From: Catajapyx aquilonaris
Lineage: Eukaryota
Reading direction: 5' to 3'
Assembly: GCA_000934665.2 (NCBI GenBank)
Contig: JYFJ02001015.1
Location: 62,001 to 96,125 of the forward strand
DNA: 34,125 bases
Notes under the pieces: model-generated
The model's input: only the letters and a program-made list of their open reading frames with translations
Database searches by the model: none
What the model was told of the DNA's origin: nothing
Made by a program: the position numbers and the translations under genes
Shown here: positions 23,401 to 34,125 of the stretch, piece after piece
Position numbering within the stretch: the first letter of the stretch is position 1
Layout: each line of letters opens with the position of its first letter

Positions 23401-26400
23401 TTATTTTTCCTACCAATATGCTAAAATTACCCATTAAAACGCTTTGGAGTTGCAGATAATAATTGAAGGGTTCGGGAGAAGAAGGTGATAACCCTCAAAA
23501 TTAGTAGTTCCGCCATCTTGGAAAATGTGGCTTGTTCCCTTTTACCTGCACTGCTTGCATGTATCAACTGCTCTTTGACATGCAGTCCTTCCCTCTCTGG
23601 TCTGTTTAGGAAACTAAACAACCTTCACAAAGGAAGCTCCAGGGGCAGGATATCATTGCATTTAAAAACTTAATTACGACCCATTTGAGGGTTATCACCT
23701 TCTTCTCCCGAACCCTTCAATTATTGGCAATTCGTTGACTATGGTGAAAAACAAGGTATAACAGTATGTAATTAGCAAAAGCCAAATGACATGGCAGTCA
23801 TCTTTGAGATTCCAGCAATTACTTTTATGGTGTAATTTCTAAATTTGGTGATTTACTTCCAAAATGGTAATGAATAGTCAGGAATTTTGTGACGCTCATT
23901 GAGCCGATATTGAATGACTATGAAACACAGATGTAACATTTCTGGACTTCGAATTTGGCTGCGTTATAGATGATTCATTGGAGGAAGTAATGAAAAAATG
24001 CAATAGATGTCGCCCTATGACCACATGTCAACAGCTAGCACTGCTTCAAAGGCTGGCATAGGTGAAGGTTAGCATGAGGGAAAAAAAAGACTGCTGGCTC
24101 ATGGAGTTGTGGCCAATGACAAGGCGAGGGTTGTAAATATAATTAAACACCACCCTTGTGAAATTCCTAGTGGCGGTAACAGAAGGGTTAAAGTGAAATT
24201 TGTCAGTATTTTCGAGTTGTTTCATGCAAGCAGAATACCTGCATGTTTGCAAATTCAGATGATCCAGTGTGTATCGGGGTGATATGTGTAGGCTGCGAAG
24301 GATAATACATTCTTGTTAATATTTTTTCTTGCATACCTTAGGAATGGATTAAGGAGAATAAGGTCCTACAGATAGTCCTGAGAGATTCTCTTCACCAGCC
24401 ACAGTATGTCGAGAAGCTAGAAAAGATTATCCGCTTTGTAATAAAAGAAAGGGCATTGACTATGGATGACTTGGACAATGTCTGGGCAGCACAGGTTGGA
24501 AAACATGAGGCCATAGTCAAGAACGTGCATGACCTGTTGGCCAAGTTGGCATGGGACTTCTCACCTGAGCAGCTGGACCACCTTTTTGAGTGTTTTCAGG
24601 TCAGTTCAGTTAGTGAGGTGTGTGTATGTGTGTGTGTTCGTATTCTGACAGGTTATTCCCAACAATAGGCTAGTTGGACCACTGCAACTAAAAAACAGAG
24701 GGAGAAGCTCATGGAATTAATACGAAGGCTAGCTGAAGATGACAAGGATGGGCTCATGGCATACAAGGTTTGTATTTGGCATGTATTGTGGAAGGTTTCT
24801 CTCTACTCAAAGATGATTATTATGCAGGTCCTGACGTTGTTTTGGAACCTGGCTCATTCAGATGAAGTCCCTGCTGAAATTGTAGATCAAGCGCTGAATG
24901 CCCATGCAAAAATTTTGGATTACAGTTGTTCCCAGGTATGAGCAGAAGTCAGAAGTAGAATTGGAGTAATGTGTAATGGATAATAATGCAACAAATTTTT
25001 TTGGGAGCAGAACCGTGATGTACAGAAAACTCAATGGCTGAACAAGTGTGTTGAGGAATTGAAAAATGACAAATGGGTTGTGCCTGCCTTGAAACAAATT
25101 AGGGAAATTTGTTGCCAGTATACAGAAGCTCCTCCTAATGTTAATCATCCTCAAAAAAGTTCACATACAATGTACAGGTAAGACTTGAATTTTTCCAGCA
25201 AATATTGATAGTAACCTGTTTTTAGGGGATTAGTAGTGCCCTGTGCCATTTCCCCAACTCTTTGTATTTTCCCCAGTGCAGAGTTGCTCTGCAATTTTGT
25301 ATCTCCAGTAATTCTTGTTCTAACAGGCATGAAGTGATAAATCACCTGCAGAATCAGCACAGCTTAGTGGTACTAGTTGCAAATAATCTCACTGAATATA
25401 TGGATAAGGTTCGCAAGCTAGTCAAGGGTAAGATTCAGTTTGCTGTGACTTGGTTTTTATTGTGCATAGGTGTTAATGTATTCTTTTCCAATTTCTTAGA
25501 GAGACCTGAAACAGACCCAAGTACATTTGCACCTGACGGTCGCTATGATCATGTGCAGCAGGTTCAACTGAGACTAAACTTTTTGCGATTTTTGCTCAAA
25601 GTGAGTGGAGAAGTAAGGCTATGGTCACTACATTCTGAGGAGGGCTTCAAACTCATTTAAATGTTTTCTTGCCTTTCAGGATGGCCAACTTTGGCTGTGT
25701 GAACCACAAGCCAAACAGATATGGCAGTGCCTGGCAGAAAATGCAGTGTTTATATGTGATCGGGAAGCCTGCTTCAAGTGGTTTTCTAAGCTGATGGGGG
25801 AGGAGCCAGACTTAGATCCTGAGATAAACAAGGACTTCTTCGAGAACAACATCTTGCAGCTAGATCCAACTCTGCTTACAGAAAATGGGATGAAGTAAGG
25901 GTTGTTCGTGTGTTTTTGCCTAATAAATGTTGTTTGGAAGAGTTTTGCATATAACCTGAAAACTTTTGTTTTAGATGTTTCGAGAGGTTCTTTAAGGCTG
26001 TGAATTCCAAGGAGCAAAAGCTGATATCAAAGAGAAAGGTTTACTTAATGGAAGATGTGGAGCTGATAGGAGCTGATTACCTTTGGCGGGTTAGTTATAT
26101 TTTTCATTTTACCAGAGCTTAAGTTTGATGTATCGGTGATCTAGATTTTTATGATAACCTTGAGCTCAAATGTTTCAATTGAGCCTGTTGATGGCATGTT
26201 TTAGACAGCAGTAAGATGCTGCAATTGATGTAAAACTCTGATAAGGGAAAACTTGTGTATGAAAAAGTGAAACCAATTCCCCAACCCAGAGGCTAGGCCA
26301 ACTTTGTTCACTTCTTACGCACTCTTTACCTTCCTGCCAACATGCCAGTAAGTCTTGCATGCATGTGTTGTGGACACTGGCAGTTGGCAAATTGAGTGCA

Positions 26401-29400
26401 GGGAAGTGACATTGAAGTTTTGAAAGTTGAAGGAGAAACCAGGGGCAGGGCCTGTGGGATGGGTGGAGCCAAATGGCAAACACCAGATATTGCGAACCCA
26501 TGTACAGCAAATTGCTATTATTTTAGATTTCAGATGTTGTTCTTGTCAGAGTTTTACTGTATTGGCAAATTAAGACCATTGTGTGGCACTATGTGTCACA
26601 GCTTTATTTTCCCGACTTTCTAATAAAGTGTAAACAGAGAGGCTGGAAGTTGTGAAATCGATACTTCATGGCCAATTTGGCTTTACAGGTTGTGCTCTAC
26701 GGGAATGAAGATATTGCTTCTCGTGCCATAGAACTACTTAAGGAAACCTACACGAACTTGGGTCCTGCACTCCAGGCCAACCAGGCCGACATTCATGAGG
26801 ACTTCATATCGTCATGTATAGATCGCCTAAAAGCCGCCTATGACACTATTTCAGTTATTGAGAGGGACAAGGACTCAGTGAACAAGCTTAGGCAGGAAGT
26901 GACCAGGATGTGTCGTGTGTTAAAAGTGCTCCAAGAGTATGTGAGTGTGTGCGACGGAGACTTTGGAGAAGACAGGACAGTCGTGCCTTTGTACAGGTGA
27001 GGAAGAAGGGTTGGATAAGGGGCACATGGGTTTTCCACCTACAATTACAGTGCCCCTATAATCATACTCATATGCAAATATATCTCCCAGTAAGGTTACA
27101 TCACATGTTTTAGAAATGGTATGGTACAATGGTCAGTCTAACAAAATGAGCCATGGTTGTGACTAAATCAAGGAAGAATATTCACTTGGTAAGGCTACAA
27201 ATACACATCTATGAACTAAATGCAGTTTCTGTCCGAATAATAGTTGAGCCAGTGGAAATTGCACCAGAGAGCCTCGCTAACCCAACCATTTGGGCCGTAT
27301 CATAGGCTACATGCTCAGGTGGTCATAAGAGTGCATGCTCATACCACCTTATCGTAACAATGGGTCAATGCCTGTGGGTGACCAGTCGCAGTGGATATAA
27401 CATATAATACAATACAATGTAGTCAAGTGGTGCATGTGATACGATAACCATTTCACTTACAATTAGTACAGTGTTGGACATTAACCACTTTGTACTGCTA
27501 GTGAGATTTTCTGACGTGGAAATCGAAGTGATAGAGTGTGAGCCGTGCGAGAAAGAAATGGTAGGCCTTGGGTGACGTCACCAGCTAGGGACAAGCCTTT
27601 TTCTCTATTGCCCCCTAGCTGGTGATGTCACCCAAGGCCTACCTCTTCTGATTAGCAGTACACTAGCAGTATGACAAGATTAATGTCTAACACTGTACCC
27701 TGCAGATGTTCTATACCCACAACAGGTGACAGTTGGAGTGTGAATTTTTACAATCCTTTGACTATAACATCATAGATGGGAGAGGGAAGTGTGCCAACTA
27801 AAGGATGACAGCAACTCGAATGCTAGTTTCAGTAATAGGCTGAATGTCAATATTCTTAAAGAGAGCACACGTGAATAAATCGAGCTTTCCAAGGGTCGAC
27901 TTTTCATCTCACTGCTAGTTACTGCTAACTTAGCAGTACCAGTGTTGGCAAGGTTACTGCTAAGTTAGCAGTAACTATCAGTCTGACGAAAATTCCACCC
28001 CAAGTCATTTCCTTGCTTTTATTTGCTCCCATCTCATAGCTCTGCTTTTTTATAGCTGCATGGAAGCTTGGCAAGTGGTTGGGAGGGGAGGGATCTGTTA
28101 GAATTTCTACTGGCTTTGCTGTTGCTCTCATGTCAATAAGTATAGTTAATCAAATGGCCTACTCTAGCTATTACAAGAACATAGGACAATGCAAGCAGAT
28201 CTTCAAAGCAACTGTGTCATAAGCAGGTGATGTCCAAGTGTACTGGACTAAATGGTTCCTGAATTGAAAACAGTTCACACTCCCATCCCCCTACCATTAC
28301 AAATGGGTCAGTGAATGGGGGTGACTGACCAGCGGCTGTGTGCTTGATGTAAGACCATGCATGTTCCTTTTGCTTTCACAATATTTAGCCATGGGTTTAG
28401 ACAAGAGAAGGCCATCTGGATCACTTAGGAGTTACTTCCTGGGCCCTATTCGGAAATAATTATCTTCTTAGTCCCCATTAAGCCTTGTTTACATGTGTGC
28501 GATTTGGTCAGCGATGTTGCAGCAGCGACATCTCCGTGCGAAAGTAACAATCGTGGTAGCAATAGATTCAAAAACTGTAACACACACAGAGATGACCTTT
28601 GATGAGTTTTGAAGATCCGGCGATTACAATTTTATGCATATAGATGTCGCCCATATCGCGAGGGGGGTGGGGAAACAAAGGGGGAATGTGACCCCCCACC
28701 CCACCCCCCACCCACCGTACCATCACCCTAAGACAGCCCGAGCTTGATGCACTTGGAGGTGTTTGACATTGCTTACTGGACACCCCGCGATGGACAAAAC
28801 GGGAGCTTGATTTCAAGTGTGGGACAAGCACTATGCTTAGGACTCCGAAAGACTGAAAGGTCTCAGGAAGTTGCCATCCTCACTGGTTCCTCGCCATCTC
28901 TTTGAGATGGAACAGTGCCGCCATTTTTTCCTCGCCTGGAACTCTATCGCATTGAGGGCGATGATTTTTTTAAACTGTCTGTGGCAATGGATGACACATG
29001 GCTCCGGTCATAGTGCTCTGACTTGTCCCACACTCGAAAGCAAGCTCCAGTGTTGTCCATCTGCGAGTGTCCCTCTTGCAGCATCCAACAGCTCCAAGCG
29101 CGGCGGGCTTGGGCCGCCTTAGGGCGATGGTGCGGTGGGGGGGGTCACATTCCCCCTTTGTTCCACTCCACAATATTGGCGACATCTACTATATCCCAGA
29201 TAAAATTGTAATCGCCGGATCTTCAAAACTCAGCAAAGGTCATCTCTGTATGTGTTGCCGTTTTTGAATTAAAAAATACGCTCCATGACTTTTGACTCAA
29301 CCCTCGTATGTGCAAGAGAGATACCAGGATATCTGTGGCAGTTGTACAGATGACACATATTTCAAGCACTACAAAGTGTTTCGTGCATATTTTGTAATGA

Positions 29401-32400
29401 AGTGGGCTACATTTTTATTCATATTATTGGGTCAAAATTATTTGCTAGATGCCTTGATACTAAGCAAATAATTGCTAGACAATGAGTTTGTATTAGTTGT
29501 AGTTTTTGTGTTCATATGTGCCACGGTCTTTGAGAGAGTGTAGGGATGAGTTTCTGGCTAAATCATATACTGGGTGGAAGGAAAGTTTCTCTCTCTCCTC
29601 CTCTCTCTAGTTCCGAGAGTCCCTTCTGCTCCACATTCACACCCACCATTCTCTCCCACCATTCTCTCCCCCTCCCCCCTGTTCCTTTCTTCTTAAGCCC
29701 GCACAAAATCAGAAGTGGTGCTGTCAATAAGCTGCACTAAACATTGGTGTAGGCAGAAGGCAGGCTCTGTGAGCACAATATCAAGCATCTGTGGGCAAGG
29801 ATGCAAAATAGTCTGTTCAAAGAGCTCAGGCCAAGAAACAGGGAGGAGCTTATCTAAAGGGTTCAAGAGGAATGGGGGTTTACCCCAGCGGAGACTTCCA
29901 CACTCGTTGTGAGATTTCCTCTGCATGTTTATATGGATCTTAACAATAATTAATGGGTGGCACACAAAATACTGACACTCTACATAAGTGTCCACAAATG
30001 TGGCCATATCAATTTGAAGATATAAAATTGAATGTATTTTGTTTTGATTTATTGTCAGTGTTCATTCATAAGAGGGGAGAAACTTTCCGTCCACCCTGTA
30101 TAAAGCTTACTAAAACTTTCTGCTCATCCATGCAAAGTGAGTGATTAGCAATCTTATTTCCATCATTTGTTGCATCTGTATGCTATAAGTTTATGTTGAA
30201 GTTGTGAATATTTTACTCTCCCTCCTTACCTGTATCTGCAACAGTTGCATTGTCACACCCAATGCACCACTTGATGAGAATGATGATGGCTTTTTATATT
30301 TTTTTCAGGGCATATCGTGGCAAGCACCTGGTGCTAATAATTCGGTTCCCAAATCAGGGTAGACAAGTTGAGGACATGGAGATGTGGACCCACACGAATG
30401 AGACTCTGGGAGCCTTGAGAAGACAAATACTTCAACGCATGAAGGCCAATAGTGCAAACATGAAACTTGACCTGTTCAGCAATGGAGACCTGCTTGACCC
30501 ATCTGAGGACAGCAAGCTCATTTCTCAAATTCCCCTACGGGACAAGACAGTTAGTCCCTTCAAATTGAAAATTTATGACATTGGATGGTTAAGAAATAAA
30601 CTTACATGAGATTTTCATGGTCTGAAAAATAATGACAAAATTCAGGATAATATAATTTAATGAAAATAAATGAATTCCATGAAATATATTTTCTATTTGC
30701 AGCTTCTGACTGCCAAGCTATGTCAGGTGAGTGCCAATATGCCCAGCTCTCCTGACAGTAGCTCAGACAGTTCAACAGGGTCCCCGCAACATCCATATGA
30801 TGGGCCAAATGTAGAAGCTGAGAATTGTTTACCAGGCGTGGTGAGTTCCCACTTCCACTTGCAGTGTGAACATATTTGATTCTAGTATTACATCATTTCT
30901 CTCTTTCTTGACAGCTCATGTCCCAGCGCCCCAACTATGCACAGTTCATGTTCCAGCTGGCTGACCTGGGCTGTAGTTTGCAACACCCCCTCTTGAGGGA
31001 CAGTGCACGAGCACTGCTCAAGTTGATGCCTCTGAGTGCACACATTGGGGAGAAACTGAGGAGCATGTTCATAGACCACTCCAAACTCAAATCTGAGAGC
31101 TGTACTCCTTCTGTGGACAGCATATTCTTTGCATCATCTCCTTCTGAAGTCCTCTACCACCTTGAAGTATATACCTTTTTTAGTGAATGTGTTGAAAATT
31201 TTTGATGAAAGGTTGATGAATATTGTGGGCTTTTTCAGGTTCTGTATGCACTCCTAATGCCAGCATTGAACACTCTTTCGGAGAAGGCATTTGACTTTCA
31301 GTACAACTTCTTCATCAGTGGTGATGCGCCAGTCATATTGGACATGCTGACCAAGAACAACTTCATGACCAGTGCAGATGTTCCTACTAAAAAGTAGGGT
31401 CAAATATTGTGCAATTTTTAGGAAGATTATTTTCTTTGGGTATGGTTGGAGTTAGACTAATTCTCTTTTCACTTGCACTTGTGCAGATCGGCGTACCTTA
31501 CTGTCCTTCGCATGTGCAAGCTTCTGCTGACAGTGGTTGGCCAGGTGGTAACACGCATAGGCAATGGTACCAACCCAGCAGATGGTGGAAGCCCTGTGAT
31601 GGACATGGCCACAGCTCGCAGTCTGCTTGTGCTACGACAGGCCTTGCATCAGATCCCCAACCCAACTACTGAGTGCATGCTCAGGAATGTGGCTAATCGC
31701 CTCACCCAAAATGTCCTGGACCAGTTTAAGAGCACAAGCAATGATGCAGAGAAATTGAGACCAGTTATCAAGAAGGCTGCCCTTGGAGAGTTACCTGACC
31801 TGGCCACAATCAGGACTCTGATGAAGTTGGCCTGGGCGTCAAGCACTGGAAATTTGGGGTTGCTAAACTCCAGCTATGATGAACTCAGAAAGAATAAAGA
31901 AAAAGTTCCTGACATGGAGGATGTACAAGGTAGGTTGGAGTGTTTTTCATTGCCACTTTGAAATGTGTTACACTTCGGCATGTGGTTTCTGGCGCCGTTT
32001 AACGTAAGTCTGGAAATAGTTTAGGCCTACATTGAGAATTTGGATTATTTTATGCTCAGGGATGTCTGGAAATTCTTAAAGGATTTGTTCATGCATTGAC
32101 TTTGTTGGGTTCCAAAATAATTTTTAGTGGAGTTGCTCTTAATAATATTACTCTAAAGCAAGCATTGATTTCATTAAATATGGTGTTTGTGAACAGCATA
32201 TGATTTTAACATTGGACATAAATTTCCATTCCCATTATAATTAATATTCCAAATGGTAAATTTGAATTTTTCCATTTCCGCAGTTTGCAAGGAGGCCCTG
32301 GAGGTGATCACAATTTCCTTTGCACTCAACCCACGATCTCTGGATACCCTAATAAAGGACCCACTGTGGCATTCATTTGTAATTGATATGCTGCTCTTGT

Positions 32401-33148
32401 GCAAGAATAGATCTATCCGCATTGCTTCTGCAGAGCAGTTCCTCCTCATAGCTACCCGCTGCAACAATGGTCAGCATCCCCTCCAGTTTTTTGTGACGTT
32501 GTTGTTCACAGTACTGGGTAGCACCGTTAAGGAAAATGCCAGGTGCTCCCATGAATACTTCCAGGTGGGTACTAATTTTTTGTAACTTTTGCATTTCTTT
32601 CACTGACCAATTTTGCATTTGCAGCTTCTTTGTCGTTTGTTGAATTGTGCGTCCACTACTAGTTGTAACCTGTCTGCCTCAGAGAATCTTCTGAACAACG
32701 AGATCATGTGGCTTAAAAACATCAAGGTAAGTTTTGAATGCCATGTGCAGAGGTTAGTTTCTGAAACTTAACTTCTGAAATGACTTTCAGGAGAATGTTC
32801 GCAAAACTGGTGACATTCAGGTGGATGATGCTCTTCTGGAAGGTCACTTAGGTGTGACCCGTGAGCTAATCTCCTTTCTTAGCTCAGAAAAGAAATTCGA
32901 AATTGGAGGAGATGAGAACAGAGGAGTTTGCTTGATCAAGGAGGTCATAGAAGACTTCATCTTTCCTGCCTCCAAGCTAATGCTCCAGCTGCTTCAGAGT
33001 GGCGACTTGCCCTCAGAATCCACAGTCCCTGTCTGCTCCACTCCACATACCCTTGTTGCTGCATTTGATCTGCTAGTAGCTCTTGGAACTGCATGTGTGC
33101 CCAACATGAAGCAGATTGTTTCCATGCTCACCGAGATGTTTTATTCAG
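17449..33148 (+). CDS. USP9X: Ubiquitin-specific protease FAF-X / fat facets, spliced, 3'-partial (about 1530 codons in window)
   Basis: Peptides [71 protein letters not shown] and [14 protein letters not shown] match USP9X/faf. Exons: 17449-17556 (GC donor), 20429-20630, 20865-21090, 21154-21285, 21371-21527, 21620-21943, 24342-24599, 24669-24767, 24828-24935, 25011-25177, 25327-25427, 25500-25600, 25680-25894, 25975-26089, 26689-26996, 30309-30549, 30703-30840, 30915-31166, 31239-31393, 31487-31929, 32284-32564, 32625-32726, 32791-33148. The gene continues past the window. Confidence 0.96.
17589..17881 (+). mobile_element. Full-length tRNA-derived SINE
   Basis: Pol III A box TGGCATAGTGG, B box GGTTCGAATCC, (ATT)n tail, 13-bp TSD TATACTGCGTAAG at 17576-17588 and 17882-17894; second copy at 33254. 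Confidence 0.93.
18776..18931. mobile_element. PIF/Harbinger-type MITE (family A, copy 2)
   Basis: TAA|AGCTGCGTTTACATGGGAGCAATTTGATCAGC ... GCTGATCAAATCGCTCACATGTAAACGCGGCT|TAA; perfect TAA TSD. Confidence 0.9.
19326..19560. mobile_element. Tc1/mariner-type MITE
   Basis: CAGGGTGTTCAAAGTTCATGGGTTGTTTTTAGTTA ... TAACTAAAAATGACCCACGAACTTGAAACACCCTG|TA; left flank is CA rather than TA. Confidence 0.8.
22323..23240 (-). mobile_element. Internally deleted mariner transposon
   Basis: TA TSD; 28-bp TIR CGAGGGTCGTCCAATAAGTTCTGAGCCT / AGGCTCAGAACTTATTGGACGACCTTCG (1 mismatch); transposase remnants on the minus strand. Confidence 0.95.
22390..23049 (-). pseudogene. Mariner transposase pseudogene
   Basis: N-terminal [16 protein letters not shown]...[12 protein letters not shown]...DDPRSGRP, then frameshifted pieces [10 protein letters not shown]...[18 protein letters not shown] and the C-terminal [12 protein letters not shown]; most of the DD34D core is deleted. 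Confidence 0.9.
23465..23718. mobile_element. MITE with perfect TIRs and AATT TSD (Sola-like)
   Basis: AATT|GAAGGGTTCGGGAGAAGAAGGTGATAACCCTCAAA ... TTTGAGGGTTATCACCTTCTTCTCCCGAACCCTTC|AATT; superfamily inferred only from the AWWT target. Confidence 0.85.
27469..27695. mobile_element. Tc1/mariner-superfamily MITE with internal 31-bp hairpin
   Basis: TA|CAGTGTTGGACATTAA ... TTAATGTCTAACACTG|TA; internal inverted repeat 27560-27590 / 27613-27643. Confidence 0.85.
27911..27982. repeat. Nested palindrome / 28-bp inverted repeat
   Basis: ACTGCTAGTTACTGCTAACTTAGCAGTA ... TACTGCTAAGTTAGCAGTAACTATCAGT (1 mismatch). Confidence 0.9.
28481..28565. mobile_element. Half copy of family A Harbinger MITE, truncated at the foldback element
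   Basis: TTA|AGCCTTGTTTACATGTGTGCGATTTGGTCAGCGATGTT...GCGAAAGTAACAAT matches the reverse complement of the 18776..18931 copy. Confidence 0.8.
28566..29269. mobile_element. Foldback element with ~265-bp diverged inverted arms
   Basis: 28566..~28835 aligns with the reverse complement of ~29009..29269 (e.g. CAGAGATGACCTTTGaTGAGTTTTGAAGATCCGGCGATTACAATTTTAT); ~170-bp spacer; no clear TSD. Confidence 0.8.
29570..30098. mobile_element. Non-autonomous Tc1/mariner-type element
   Basis: TA|CTGGGTGGAAGGAAAGTTTCTC ... GAGAAACTTTCCGTCCACCCTG|TA. Confidence 0.8.
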
Positions 33149-33253
33149 GTAGGTTTCAAATGAATGCAGTTGGAACAGCTGAAGTGACAGTGTTATGTGC
33201 TGTCACACATTTGTCGAAAAGCCATGCCATGATTCTGACATAGCAGGGTGGTT

Positions 33254-33380
33254 ACCGAAGCAGGTTGGTGTAGTGGATATGGAGTCTGCCTGCTAATCGG
33301 GAGGTCCTGGGTTCGAATCCCAGGGCCGGTGACCCTGACTGTGGTTTTCTGTGGTTTTCCACTGTCCCCCCAGGATAATT
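33254..33380 (+). mobile_element. Second tRNA-derived SINE copy, interrupted after AATT
   Basis: Colinear with the first ~127 nt of 17589..17881 (ACCGAAGCAGGTTGG...GGTTCGAATCC...GTGGTTTTCTGTGGTTT). Confidence 0.9.
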
Positions 33381-34125
33381 GAGGGGGTGAAAATCAAAAA
33401 CCGACAGCTCCAAAAAACAAAAAAAATGAGTTAGCGCCGGCAATGCATTCCTCATGCCATGGAGTACATAATACGTGAATATGGTATTTAAAATCCTACA
33501 ACAAAGCCGTCAAATGCAGGGGTGAAAAGTGACCTCCGTAACAAAAACCGCCAGCTCCAACCCCACTCGCAGAAAATCACATATCAAAAACCGCCAGCTC
33601 CATCACGAAACTAAAGCTATGGGAGACAGTACATACTGCGAAGCTCGTACGGATAACGACGGTGCGAATTTTACAGAATTTACAGAATTTTAACAGAACA
33701 CCTTGCGTAATGCAATGGAACGTTGGTATGTAAGCGTGGAATAAACTTAAACATTTACACGCCGGATAAACCTGTGTTTCATGTTTCCCTCACTCAATTT
33801 TGCATCAAAAACCGCCAGCTCCAGCCTGTTGCAAATCAAAAACCGCCCAGTGGCGGAATGGACGGTCCACAGCTCCTTGGGTAATGGCGGATGATTTCAT
33901 AATAACTTACCAATGGTTAAGTTGCTAGTAAAGGAATCTATAGCCGCTACATTCAGGTGTCTACGTTGACATACGGCGAAACTGTAGGTTTTTCTCGTTT
34001 TTCTCCGTTACGTTTATGACGGAAGTGTTGTCTCCCTGGTTATTTAACTTATACTTAGATGCATGTGTAAGGGAAGCTATGGTTGAAGGTGTAGGAGTGC
34101 AGTTTGGTGAGGAGAGAGTTAGTCA
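33381..34125. mobile_element. Left part of a probable DNA transposon inserted into the SINE, with repeated subterminal motif
   Basis: Starts GAGGGGGTGAAAATC directly after AATT; AAAAACCGCCAGCTCCA-like motif at 33396, 33543, 33586, 33807 and 33838; CpG-rich; right end not seen. Confidence 0.6.

Larger units (their letters stand above)
22084..24187. mobile_element. Degenerate piggyBac-type element hosting two nested insertions
   Basis: TTAA|CCCTTCCGCTACAGC ... GCGGTAACAGAAGGG|TTAA: TTAA TSD, CCC/GGG ends, 12 of 15 TIR positions match. Confidence 0.75.

Noticed and set aside
996..33148. MED12-USP9X adjacency as ancient synteny (both X-linked in human)
   Set aside because: The human genes are on different arms of X; a single adjacency is no evidence without a multi-species synteny analysis.
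996..33148. U12-type introns
   Set aside because: No RTATCCTT donor at any traced exon boundary.
33396..33850. CRISPR-like array of AAAAACCGCCAGCTCCA repeats
   Set aside because: Eukaryotic intron, repeats only ~17 nt, very irregular spacing (about 30-220 nt), no cas genes; better explained as transposon subterminal repeats.

Overview
Eukaryotic, arthropod-like (probably insect) genomic DNA; the prokaryote-style ORF track is mostly exon fragments. Two intron-rich housekeeping genes lie on the + strand. MED12/kohtalo is complete (32 coding exons traced by hand, 996..13566, about 2150 aa). USP9X/fat facets is present only as its 5' part (23 coding exons, 17449..33148, about 1530 codons; the catalytic domain lies beyond the window). 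The probable 3' end of an upstream gene is at 1..164. A CpG-rich, apparently bidirectional promoter at about 15.7-16.5 kb may drive an unannotated minus-strand transcript. The longer introns hold many mobile elements: two tRNA-derived SINEs, PIF/Harbinger-type MITEs, Tc1/mariner-type MITEs, a piggyBac relic with a mariner and a Sola-like MITE nested inside, and a ~700-bp foldback. The main unexplained signal is that nearly every intron longer than the ~55-90 nt minimal class can fold into long G-U-rich hairpins on the sense strand, suggesting RNA-structure-based intron compaction. This was read by eye and needs a folding test against a proper null.
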